The notes under the pieces: generated by a model | Databases searched by the model: none | Seen by the model: only the letters and a program-made list of their open reading frames with translations | Told to the model about the DNA's origin: nothing | Part shown: positions 1 to 9,024 of the stretch, one piece after another | How positions within the stretch are numbered: position 1 is the stretch's first letter | Layout: each line of letters begins with the position of its first letter | IMG/VR virus record: IMGVR_UViG_3300021492_000027 | DNA from: a virus | DNA length: 64,000 nucleotides | Reading direction: 5' to 3' (one strand) | Translations under genes and position numbers: made by a program

Positions 1-2
1 AT

Positions 3-902
3 CCTGATCTTGGATTCCTGTCAGATGCGGACATAATAATACTCGCAGGTACGCCACGTGAGAATTTGGATCACGATGTGAACAACTACATCATGGAATA
101 CGAGCCAGAGGTCGAGCGTGAAGTCTTAACTAAGCAGTTCGCACTGAACACAAAAGTCAGTTCGCCATTTACACTTAGCTACGATATGGTAATGGAATTG
201 AACCAGCATGGCATAGAGATAGGTTATAAATCAGTCTCAAAAGGCGAGTTGGTTAAGTATCTCAATAGTTTATTCGACGAACTCAACCTGAAACTGAAGA
301 GAGTCACATTTTCGTTCTCCAAAGATGACAGGACCACACTCAACATCATAGACAAAAAAACAAAAGAGGTGAAAGCATCTCTCAAACGTGGTGATAATAA
401 TGTTTGTAGTCTTTCAATACCGGGTGTTTTGAATCCGGGCGTAGAGATAGGCATAATAGATAGTGATGGTGCGGTCAGTATACCTGATGCGGAACTCATC
501 AGGAGCGACGATAACGAATACACATTAAAGACAAAAGATAACGATAAATACGCGATAATGAAAGAAGAGGACAGCAATGAATGGGCGGTTTATAAGCTCT
601 CAAAAACGAAAGTGAAGCTCACCAAGGACGATGTTGTAGAACAGATATCGCAACTCCAGAAAGAGATACAGACATTGCCGGTAAAGCACGGGTTCTTCTC
701 ATATACGTATGCGTTTAACAACTCGCCTATGGGCATGTTGGCACAGGACATGCAACAACTCACGCTATTGATACAGCGGATGGCACGTGAAGAGATGAAA
801 AACGAATGGGAACGCTATGTGCCGTTGGCGTTCGGTGTGCTGATAATCATCGTGGGTATAATAGCGTTAGTGATTGTCTTAGGTGGTAGAGGAGGTGCAT
901 AA
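3..902 (+). CDS. 5'-truncated hypothetical protein with C-terminal transmembrane anchor
   Basis: The frame of ORF 66..902 stays open to the window edge (PDLGFLSDAD...). It ends in a hydrophobic helix (PLAFGVLIIIVGIIALVIVLG). Confidence 0.6.
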   Translation, partial: PDLGFLSDADIIILAGTPRENLDHDVNNYIMEYEPEVEREVLTKQFALNTKVSSPFTLSYDMVMELNQHGIEIGYKSVSKGELVKYLNSLFDELNLKLKRVTFSFSKDDRTTLNIIDKKTKEVKASLKRGDNNVCSLSIPGVLNPGVEIGIIDSDGAVSIPDAELIRSDDNEYTLKTKDNDKYAIMKEEDSNEWAVYKLSKTKVKLTKDDVVEQISQLQKEIQTLPVKHGFFSYTYAFNNSPMGMLAQDMQQLTLLIQRMAREEMKNEWERYVPLAFGVLIIIVGIIALVIVLGGRGGA

Positions 903-921
903 AGCAAAAGAGTAAAGAGTA

Positions 922-1137
922 ATGGCTGTAAGAAACAAGCGTAAGAAACGGAAACGGAGGAAGAAGGTTGTTGTCAGTACGCAAATAGCGAAGCTTAAGC
1001 AAATAGTCTATGAAAGTGGCATACCAGCGTGGCTAATCAATGTCGAGGAGCTGTTTGATAGCTCTTTGCCCTTTGAAGAGAACGAGCGAATAGTTAGGGA
1101 CGAAATAGAGGAACTAAAGAGAACACTAAAAAACTAA
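922..1137 (+). CDS. Small protein with Arg/Lys-rich N-terminus
   Basis: N-terminus MAVRNKRKKRKRRKK. Confidence 0.55.
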   Translation: MAVRNKRKKRKRRKKVVVSTQIAKLKQIVYESGIPAWLINVEELFDSSLPFEENERIVRDEIEELKRTLKN

Positions 1138-1190
1138 TTTTCTTTATTTATTTTTATATATAAAAATATATTAATATTATTGATGTAGAA

Positions 1191-1436
1191 ATGCAATACG
1201 TAACGGTATATACGGCAGAAGGTGGTGTGAGCTTAGGCAAGATAGACGAAAGGGGCAGGTTAGTATGGCGTAGTGGTATGCGAGTTCCTGTTTCTCAGCC
1301 AGAAGTAAGGGACAGGATACTGAGGAAAGGTGTTGTGCGAATAGTGAAAGATGATGGAAAGAAATATAAGCAAATTGTTAATGAGCTGTGCTTGCCATCA
1401 TCTTATATACCACCAGAGAAAAAATGCAGTACGTAA
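1191..1436 (+). CDS. Small basic protein, paralogue family A, copy 1
   Basis: MQYVTVYTAEGGVSLGKIDERGRLVWRSG aligns by eye with 1424..1660 and 37948..38172. Confidence 0.75.
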   Translation: MQYVTVYTAEGGVSLGKIDERGRLVWRSGMRVPVSQPEVRDRILRKGVVRIVKDDGKKYKQIVNELCLPSSYIPPEKKCST

Positions 1437-1660
1437 CCATTTATACGGACGACCATGCCGTAGGATTAGGCAAGATAGACAATAAGGGCAGATTGATATG
1501 GCGTTCGGGGGTATGGATACCAGTGCCTTATAGTCAGCCAGAGCTACGAGACAAGTTGCTACGAAAGGGTGTGAAACGAATAGTCAAGGATGGCGGTAAG
1601 AAATATAAACAATTCCTCAAAGGTTTGGGACTGCCACCAACATACATACCACCGGATTAG
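1424..1660 (+). CDS. Small basic protein, paralogue family A, copy 2 (tandem duplicate)
   Basis: ATG at 1424 gives MQYVTIYTDDHAVGLGKIDNKGRLIWRSG, a clear tandem paralogue of 1191..1436. Confidence 0.75.
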   Translation: MQYVTIYTDDHAVGLGKIDNKGRLIWRSGVWIPVPYSQPELRDKLLRKGVKRIVKDGGKKYKQFLKGLGLPPTYIPPD

Positions 1661-1670
1661 TAATCCATAA

Positions 1671-2027
1671 ATGACCACACTACCGAAGAAGCTCAAAGCG
1701 AACAAAATGCCGAAAATAAAACAAACCTCAAACCGAATAGTAATACATGTAGGCAACTTTTGGCAGCGTTACCATAGCGCGTCACGGAACACCAAGCCCT
1801 TGTGGCAGTTCCGTATCAAGGATGTCGGACGTGCGAGCCATTCGGAACTGATACTGTGCAAGCCGCCACGTTCGGCGAGTTGGCACACTTATGCGTGGTC
1901 GTTCTCGAACCAGCAAGTGAAACGAGTTAACCGCAAACTTGTTGTTTATGACAGGAAAGCGTTTGAGATATTGAAACGATTGAAGGATAAGGGCGAGTTA
2001 AAAGGGTATAGTGTGGTATTCAAATAA
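1671..2027 (+). CDS. Basic hypothetical protein
   Basis: 118-aa K/R-rich ORF continuing the operon. Confidence 0.6.
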   Translation: MTTLPKKLKANKMPKIKQTSNRIVIHVGNFWQRYHSASRNTKPLWQFRIKDVGRASHSELILCKPPRSASWHTYAWSFSNQQVKRVNRKLVVYDRKAFEILKRLKDKGELKGYSVVFK

Positions 2028-2091
2028 AACATTTTTTATTGTGTAATATTAAGTTAGATATAATGATAGTAATTTAGGAGGTGATAAAAAG

Positions 2092-2268
2092 ATGGGATAT
2101 GCGTATAGGTTATATAAAAAGCATCAGGCGGCAAAGAAATGGGAAGTAGTGGGTTTATACAAGTTTAAGAGTTCAGCAGAGCGACATGCAAGAGAAATAA
2201 AAGCAGAAAATAAGTATATGAGAACAATGATAAAGAAGGTAAAAACATCTTTAAAGAGTTTGGTATAG
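2092..2268 (+). CDS. Small basic protein (58 aa, absent from ORF track)
   Basis: RBS AGGAGGTGA upstream; translates as MGYAYRLYKKHQAAKKWEVVGLYKFKSSAERHAREIKAE... Confidence 0.6.
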   Translation: MGYAYRLYKKHQAAKKWEVVGLYKFKSSAERHAREIKAENKYMRTMIKKVKTSLKSLV

Positions 2269-2317
2269 TAGTATTTAAGCTAATAGCTAATATATCGAAT
2301 TTTTTTAATGATGTGAT

Positions 2318-3136
2318 ATGACCCAATTAGTACATAAAATCATTTGTGGTGATTGTATTAAGGTTATGAAAGAGATGGAAAGTAATAGTGTGGATTTGGT
2401 TGTTACTTCTCCTCCTTATGATAATTTAAGAGATTATAAGGGTTATTCCTTTGATTTTGAGAATACTGCTAAGGAACTGTTTAGAGTTATCAAAGAAGGT
2501 GGTGTTATTGTTTGGGTAGTTGGAGATGCTACAATAGATGGAAGCGAAACAGGCACGAGTTTTAAACAAGCGTTGTATTTTAAAGAGATTGGGCTTAATT
2601 TGCACGATACTATGATTTATCATAGATATGCTCGTTATCCTGATAGCCTCAGATACTTTCAAGAATTTGAATATATGTTTGTATTTGTCAAAGGAAAAAT
2701 CAAAACAGTAAATTTTTTAGAGGATATATGTCGTTCAAAACGCTATAATATTAAAGAAGTAGGTACAAAAAGAAAAAAAGATGGAAGTTTAGTTCCTTGG
2801 TCAAGCACGCTTCCTAAAACACCGTATAGAAGACGTGGAAATGTTTGGAGCTATGGTGTTGCTACGAATGGAACATTTCATAGCCATCCTGCATCATTTC
2901 CCGAACAACTTGCATCTGACCATATTTATTCTTGGTCTAATAAGAACGAAATAGTCTTAGACCCTTTTCTTGGTTCTGGAACAACCTTAGTAGCAGCAGA
3001 ACGATTAGGCAGGAACAGTATAGGAATTGAAATATCCAAAGAATATTGCGAAATTGCATATAAAAGATTACTAAATGAGGTTAAACAGGCTAAATTAGAT
3101 AGAGAACCTTCCGTGATAGAGAGAGGGGGGTTTTAA
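2318..3136 (+). CDS. DNA methyltransferase, N4-C/N6-A, beta class
   Basis: Motif IV TSPPY near the N-terminus, HPASFP, and motif I DPFLGSGTT near the C-terminus. Confidence 0.92.
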   Translation: MTQLVHKIICGDCIKVMKEMESNSVDLVVTSPPYDNLRDYKGYSFDFENTAKELFRVIKEGGVIVWVVGDATIDGSETGTSFKQALYFKEIGLNLHDTMIYHRYARYPDSLRYFQEFEYMFVFVKGKIKTVNFLEDICRSKRYNIKEVGTKRKKDGSLVPWSSTLPKTPYRRRGNVWSYGVATNGTFHSHPASFPEQLASDHIYSWSNKNEIVLDPFLGSGTTLVAAERLGRNSIGIEISKEYCEIAYKRLLNEVKQAKLDREPSVIERGGF

Positions 3137-3137
3137 G

Positions 3138-3494
3138 CGCTGGTTCTATTGCAAGATTTGTAAACAAGTCTATCCCATGAAAGAGCGAGATAACCATATC
3201 CATAACGCACCAGATAATACCAGATACCAGTACTTAGAGTTCCATCCAACCCAAAAACCGTTACAACTTATACAATATTTAGTTAGGCTCGTAACACCGC
3301 CACATGGAACACTAATAGACCCGTTTATGGGTACGGGTACAGCGATAGTATCAGCCGAAAGAGAGGGTTTTAATTCGATAGGTATAGATAACAAGCTTGA
3401 ATATTGTGAGATAGCAATTAAGAGGATAAGTAGCGAGCTGAAACAGTTAAGAATAGATAGAGAGTTATCCCAACTCAAGCGAATAGGGTTTTAG
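3138..3494 (+). pseudogene. C-terminal remnant of a second DNA methyltransferase (SAM-binding half only)
   Basis: RWFYC...HPTQKP...DPFMGTGT is present, but there is no catalytic xPPY motif and in-frame stops lie just upstream (3114, 3117). Confidence 0.7.
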
Positions 3495-3499
3495 TGTCT

Positions 3500-5323
3500 T
3501 TATTCATCTCGTGTCCATTCGCACGCTTCAGTTACATAAGCTAAAAACCCGAACCCGCGCGAAACTGTGAAATCTCCACCGGGATAACCGCATTGCTTTG
3601 CTGTCCACGAACCGTCAGGGTTCTTCTTATACACATATGTGCAATTAGGGACTTCGTTGCATAGATTAGATGAATTAGTTGGTGTGGTGCTTGTCCAAGC
3701 TAACATGTTATAGCCTTGTGATAGGGTTATGGTATAGCCGTTACTACTTTTACTTTCCTCTATTGTAAATGCTCGTGTAGACCATTCAGAATTATTGAAT
3801 TGTATATAACCAGAAGAATTTGCTTTTTTAGTTGCAAAATCAATCCCGTCTCTTTTGATAAGATAGTAATGATATGGCTTTAATCCCCAAACACTAAACA
3901 CTACATTATTTCCATCTGTTGTATTCGCTGTGAAGTTTACTAAATTTTCACCCTGCGGAAGTGATGTGTCAAATTTATTTACTGTTATATCTGCTGAGTC
4001 AGAGGCTGGAACTGCAGTCATATTATACATTGTGAGTGTAACAGTTCCTGTCCCAGTAATAGAAAGATTGCTCTTCTCAGGATACCAATGTGGTGTATCA
4101 GGACTATCTTCGCCAAATACTTTACCATCAGTGAACTCGATTTGCAAATTAGAGATAACATCGTTGATAGTAAATCTTCTTGTAGTATCTGGAATATCCC
4201 TCACTGTAATGTTGGAAATGTTCTGTCCATTGAAACTAAAAACATTCTCAATTGAGTTATTCTCAAAAAGTATATCTGATACTTCTACCCCCGCTTCGTA
4301 TGTCGCAACGTATACGCCATACATTGAAGAATTTCTAACTATGTTGTTCCTTATTGTGACATTCCTTATCCAGCTGCGAGGCTCGCTATAGGTGTAGAGA
4401 AAAATTCCATAATGAGCATAACTGTCCGAGATCATATTGTCTTCGACTAGGCAATTTTCCACGCCAACAAGCCATATCCCTCGTGTACATTGTTCCAGTG
4501 TGTTATTTCTTATAATAACATTTTTATTGCCATAGTTATGAACCATTATTCCTGCACCACCTGTAGTGTTATAAATTAAATTATTCGCTATTAAGACCTC
4601 ATCACAGTTACCAAAGACATTAATAGCATCGTGATTGTTATCGTCCAATAGATTATTTGTAATTGTTATATGATGAAAATTATATTCATCGTGTCCAGCT
4701 AAATGCGTAACAATAGCTCCTGAGGGTCCTGTATGTGTGATTGTATTATTGTCTATTGTTATATAGCTACAGCCATACCTCATATAAACGCCCCAACCAT
4801 CAAGAGAAGTTATTGTTAGGTTAGTGATATTTATATGCGATGATTTATCACCTATGTATATCCCTTCAGCATAATTTTTAATAACTATATTTCCTTTTAT
4901 ATCTATAAATGAATGATCACTCGGTATTTCGATACCATTTCCTGTTTTATCAACTCCATCCAAGGTTGGAGTCCCGTTGTAAGCAGTTATGATAATCGGA
5001 CGGGTCGCATTACCAGAATTTGCGAAGATAGCATGCTCATCATACCATGTTCCATCTAACAGATATATTGTATCTCCTGCCTGTGCTTGCTGCGCGGCAT
5101 AAGAAGGATGCTGCCATGCTGTTTCAACTGAAGTACCATTCAAGCTATCGTTTCCGTCTACTTTTACATAATAGTCAGTTGCGCTTACCACACCCACTCC
5201 GGCAAACAACAGCATAAAACAGATAATAGCTAAACTCACTCCAGAAAATAAGTGACCATCTTGGCTGTGTTCTTTTTCTCTGCCTTCCTCAATATTTTTC
5301 GTTTTCATGATTTTATTGTTCAT
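3500..5323 (-). CDS. Secreted or surface right-handed beta-helix (pectin lyase/NosD-like) protein
   Basis: Hydrophobic signal segment, YYVKVDGND start, AGDTIYLLDGTW, many Asn/Ile-rich PbH1-like repeats and C-terminal beta domains. Confidence 0.8.
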   Translation of the reverse strand: MNNKIMKTKNIEEGREKEHSQDGHLFSGVSLAIICFMLLFAGVGVVSATDYYVKVDGNDSLNGTSVETAWQHPSYAAQQAQAGDTIYLLDGTWYDEHAIFANSGNATRPIIITAYNGTPTLDGVDKTGNGIEIPSDHSFIDIKGNIVIKNYAEGIYIGDKSSHINITNLTITSLDGWGVYMRYGCSYITIDNNTITHTGPSGAIVTHLAGHDEYNFHHITITNNLLDDNNHDAINVFGNCDEVLIANNLIYNTTGGAGIMVHNYGNKNVIIRNNTLEQCTRGIWLVGVENCLVEDNMISDSYAHYGIFLYTYSEPRSWIRNVTIRNNIVRNSSMYGVYVATYEAGVEVSDILFENNSIENVFSFNGQNISNITVRDIPDTTRRFTINDVISNLQIEFTDGKVFGEDSPDTPHWYPEKSNLSITGTGTVTLTMYNMTAVPASDSADITVNKFDTSLPQGENLVNFTANTTDGNNVVFSVWGLKPYHYYLIKRDGIDFATKKANSSGYIQFNNSEWSTRAFTIEESKSSNGYTITLSQGYNMLAWTSTTPTNSSNLCNEVPNCTYVYKKNPDGSWTAKQCGYPGGDFTVSRGFGFLAYVTEACEWTRDE

Positions 5324-5541
5324 GGTTTTTGTTTTTCATACATTCACTTCCTATCCGTAATAGTGCAGTTTTCATAGTAGGTTCCACTCCGCACATAATT
5401 ATAATACTGCTATAAAACTAATAAATGCTTTTTTTAGTGTACTTTGTTTTTTAATTCTTTGCATGATTTGTTACCTATCATGATTTTACATTATTTAATT
5501 ATAATAATAATATATAAAGTTAAAAAATAATCACCAAAAAA

Positions 5542-5820
5542 ATGCCCAAGAAAATAAAACTCAAAAACAACGGCATATACCAGTTCTTAGGATATCTAAA
5601 ACAGCAACGTGCCGATGACAGAGTACTAAGAGCATTAAAAACCTTCAATAAACCAACCGATTTACAAACACTATCCCAAACCCTTAACATCCACAAAGAC
5701 ACAGTGAGAAAGCATCTGTATAGGCTGAAAAAACAGGGTAGGGTCAGAATCATCAGGAATCCAGCGAATAAAAACTTTGTGTTGGTTTACTATATAGGAG
5801 GTGATGAGAAATGGAAATAG
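5542..5820 (+). CDS. Winged-helix/HTH DNA-binding protein
   Basis: DLQTLSQTLNIHKDTVRKHLYRLKKQGRV is an HTH-plus-wing pattern. Confidence 0.75.
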   Translation: MPKKIKLKNNGIYQFLGYLKQQRADDRVLRALKTFNKPTDLQTLSQTLNIHKDTVRKHLYRLKKQGRVRIIRNPANKNFVLVYYIGGDEKWK

Positions 5821-6074
5821 AAACAAAAACATCTAAAATATTGAGAGTTATGTGCGATGCAGCAAAAACGATGCATATAATAGATTTTATCACTCTTGGT
5901 GTTTGGATCGCAGGAGCTTTTCTAATCAAAGCGGTTACAAAGATAGGAGATAGTGTTCCTGCTGAAATGCGATTGATGTATGTGATGTTTATTACAGTAT
6001 ATATGCTGTTCATGCTGGTCTTCTTGTGTTTGGCAGAGATAGTACATACGATAAAGAGAATAGAACAGCGATAA
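5811..6074 (+). CDS. Two-TM membrane protein, tandem paralogue 1
   Basis: Two hydrophobic helices; similar start (MEIETKTSKI) and end (HTIKRIEQR) to 6110..6391. Confidence 0.65.
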   Translation: MEIETKTSKILRVMCDAAKTMHIIDFITLGVWIAGAFLIKAVTKIGDSVPAEMRLMYVMFITVYMLFMLVFLCLAEIVHTIKRIEQR

Positions 6075-6109
6075 CCGTCAAAATTTAAGAAATTAGGAGG
6101 TGATGAAAA

Positions 6110-6391
6110 ATGGAAGTAAAGACAAAAAACTCTAAAATAGCGAAATTTATAAAGGAGTTAGTGAAGGAAAGCCATCCAGCGGATTTTGTTGCGCTTGCTT
6201 TGTGGATAGCAGGCTTTTGTGTTTGGATATCGTGCATTAGTATAGCAAATAATACTAATTTCTCATTAGAGATACGAGGGATGTATTTGCTATTTGTTTT
6301 GGTATACATAGCGCAATTAGCAGTTTTTTCGTACCAAACAATGATGATACATACACTTAAAAGAATAGAACAAAAGATAGAACAGCGATAA
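6110..6391 (+). CDS. Two-TM membrane protein, tandem paralogue 2
   Basis: MEVKTKNSKI...HTLKRIEQKIEQR; its RBS region nearly matches that of 5811. Confidence 0.65.
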   Translation: MEVKTKNSKIAKFIKELVKESHPADFVALALWIAGFCVWISCISIANNTNFSLEIRGMYLLFVLVYIAQLAVFSYQTMMIHTLKRIEQKIEQR

Positions 6392-7491
6392 ACTCCCTCA
6401 AAACTTCTTTTTTATTTTTTAAATTTTTAAAAATAAAACGGAGAGATAAATGAAGGAAGAAATGAAAGGAATAAAGGAAATAGTAGAGCAAATATGGGAA
6501 GAAGCAACAGGAGTAAGTGGAGAGAAAGTCGCTGAAATTGCTGATGAAATTGATAATATCTTCCATAAAAACGGCTATGTTGTCTCTCATGACAAAATTG
6601 CACATTTTGTAGTGGATTGTATCAAGGAAAAATGAAATTCAAAAACAAAAGGATATACAAACTCATATAGGAGGTGAGAGCTAAAAATGTGGAAATTAGA
6701 AATAGGATTGTATATAAGAATAGTAAAGTACTTATACAGTATGACCTTAGAAGCATTAGAAGCATTATTTATCCATAAAACACACTCAAAAGCTTTAAAA
6801 GTAGCTTTAAAGCCTTTTTGTGTGGTAGGAGCACTGACTTTGAGTGCTTTCTATGGTTATTGCGTTTGCTGTTTTTTAGCGAAATCCATAAGCACATTAG
6901 AAAAAGAAAAGGAATGGGTAGATATTGAAATACGAGAAATGGCACAAGAAAGGATATTGAAAAGAGATAGGATGCAATTATGAGAGGTTGTCTTTAGCAA
7001 CCCCTCAGTGGTTATATGCCTGCTATTGAATACAAAATCAATAGCAGGGTGGTTATTAGTAATATATTGGGAGTAGGGATATAAAAATGAAAGGATTTAA
7101 AATATTGGAAGCGATAGTAATTTCTCTCTACTTCTTAAGTATAATCTACTTTGGACATCTCATCGCAGAACACCAAAAAATCACTATCTGTAAATCCTGC
7201 CAGGAACAAAACTGGACTGGTGAGATTGTAGGTCCAGATATGAAGGTGAATTGCTCTGAAGTTAGGGATTGGTGTGAGGAGGATGTGATGGTTGAGAAAG
7301 ATGATAATATTTTCAATTTGATACGGAGGCAATGAGCCTAATATCCTTTTAATATCCTATGCTTAAATATTAAGGTTTTTTAGAAAAACTTCATCCATTC
7401 CCTTATTTTAAGCTTTCTAAAGGGGCTTTTTCAACAACTTTTAGCACAACATCTAAAACCTTAATATATAAGGAAATTATATAAATAAAAT

Positions 7492-8058
7492 ATGTATCAG
7501 AAGAATGGGATAGTTATACTAACGCCAAGCGAATATGAAAAATTGAGAAGTGCAATGAAGGTTAGGCATAGAGTATTAAGTGATGCTTTGCTTTATACAG
7601 GTATGAGGTATACAGAGATGCAGAAATTTGCCTTGAATCCTCACTGGTATGAAAGCGAAAAGAAAATTATTCACTTACCACGGATAGCAGACAGAAAGAG
7701 AAAGAGAGTAACACCTGATAGGTATATCTATCTCACAAGGCTTGGTAAGGTTGCAATTGATAGGCTATTTGAAGACGGACACAAATATCCTTCATATGTA
7801 GCATTTGATGGGATGCTAAAGACGGCAATAAAAAGGAGTGGACTGAAAGTGCCAGAAGATGCAACAATATCAGTAAAAACATTCAGGAAGACCTACGAGT
7901 CATGGTTAGTAGTAACTTATCCTGAGAGTATCCCTCTAATTGCTATGTGCCAAGGTCATAGTGAGCCAACAGCTATGAAGTACTATTTGAATATCCCATT
8001 TGATAGAGACGAGAAGAAGGAAATAAGAGAACATCTTGTGGGGTGGATAGTGGAATGA
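7492..8058 (+). CDS. Minimal tyrosine recombinase/integrase (catalytic domain only)
   Basis: LYTGMRYTE (catalytic R), KTFRKT (H/K-x-x-R), QGHS and a downstream YY; only 188 aa. Confidence 0.8.
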   Translation: MYQKNGIVILTPSEYEKLRSAMKVRHRVLSDALLYTGMRYTEMQKFALNPHWYESEKKIIHLPRIADRKRKRVTPDRYIYLTRLGKVAIDRLFEDGHKYPSYVAFDGMLKTAIKRSGLKVPEDATISVKTFRKTYESWLVVTYPESIPLIAMCQGHSEPTAMKYYLNIPFDRDEKKEIREHLVGWIVE

Positions 8059-8351
8059 GTTTCAATTATGAACGTTTAATGTTTTTAACAAAATATGTGC
8101 CACACGGACTAATGGCTTCTAACAAAAAGAAAGAAGAAGTTAATAACGAGACACGAGTGCAAATACTGAAAAAATGGGATTATAGATGTTATCTATGTAA
8201 TCGTGAGAAGCATTGCATAATTCATCATCGTATACCTAACGGTGATGCAAGCGATGAGAACCTCTATCCTTTATGTGAGCAGTGTCATAAGCTCGTGCAT
8301 ACAATTTTATGGTTGGATGGTAAATGGATGTTTCAAGGTTATAGGAGATGA
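8043..8351 (+). CDS. HNH endonuclease
   Basis: CYLC...HHRIP...NLYPLCEQCH pattern. Confidence 0.8.
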   Translation: MDSGMSFNYERLMFLTKYVPHGLMASNKKKEEVNNETRVQILKKWDYRCYLCNREKHCIIHHRIPNGDASDENLYPLCEQCHKLVHTILWLDGKWMFQGYRR

Positions 8352-8971
8352 CAAAAATGGAAGTTGAGATAAAAGAATTTATTAAACATCACTACAAAAA
8401 ATTACAATTTGGAAATGAACAGATAGATTATATAGAAGAAGAGCATGATTTTAAAAATAACAACAAACATAGAGGAGCAACTATTGATTTTTTATGTAGA
8501 ACTACCAATGAAAAATATATATTAATTGAGTGCAAAGGCGAAGTTGATGAAAAAAGTATTGGTCAGTTACTTAAATATAGAGTGTATGCTAAGAACGAAT
8601 TAAAAGTAAAAGATAATGACATACTACTGATACTATTAGGTTATAGCTTCCATAGTGATTTCTTTACTGCATATTCGTTAATAGAAAATTTGAATTTATT
8701 TAAGCCCTTTCAGTATATCTGTTATTGGTCATTTAGAGGAGATAAAAAGTTTTATCATGTTTTTTCTCTTCCTGATAAGAGAGAATATCAAATAATAACA
8801 GAAGTTGTAAAATCTCATCAACAAGTCAAGCGAGAATTAATTGAAGCAATTATGAGGAAGAGATGGGAACTAATAACATCAGGTGATTTGTTTATAACTC
8901 CAACAAAAGACGAAATTCAAAGACTTATGGATATGACATTTAGTAATACAAAGAATGTCTACTATAAGTGA
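8348..8971 (+). CDS. PD-(D/E)xK nuclease (NucS/Mrr-like C-domain)
   Basis: IDFLC...ILIECKG...IGQLLKY motif. Confidence 0.7.
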   Translation: MTKMEVEIKEFIKHHYKKLQFGNEQIDYIEEEHDFKNNNKHRGATIDFLCRTTNEKYILIECKGEVDEKSIGQLLKYRVYAKNELKVKDNDILLILLGYSFHSDFFTAYSLIENLNLFKPFQYICYWSFRGDKKFYHVFSLPDKREYQIITEVVKSHQQVKRELIEAIMRKRWELITSGDLFITPTKDEIQRLMDMTFSNTKNVYYK

Positions 8972-9024
8972 ACTAAGGATATACTAATCTTTTTAGCTCA
9001 TTATTATAAGAGCAAAAATGAAAA

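Noticed and set aside
3122-3140. Programmed +1 frameshift (GGG GGG TTT TAA) fusing the two MTase ORFs
   Set aside because: The first MTase is already complete with the shared C-terminal tail, so a fusion would only add a second SAM-binding half. Gene replacement is simpler.
3930-4391. Antisense shadow ORFs, including 3930..4391, 19933..20283, 30319..30711 and 30895..31368
   Set aside because: They lie opposite well-supported genes and have no motifs or RBS.
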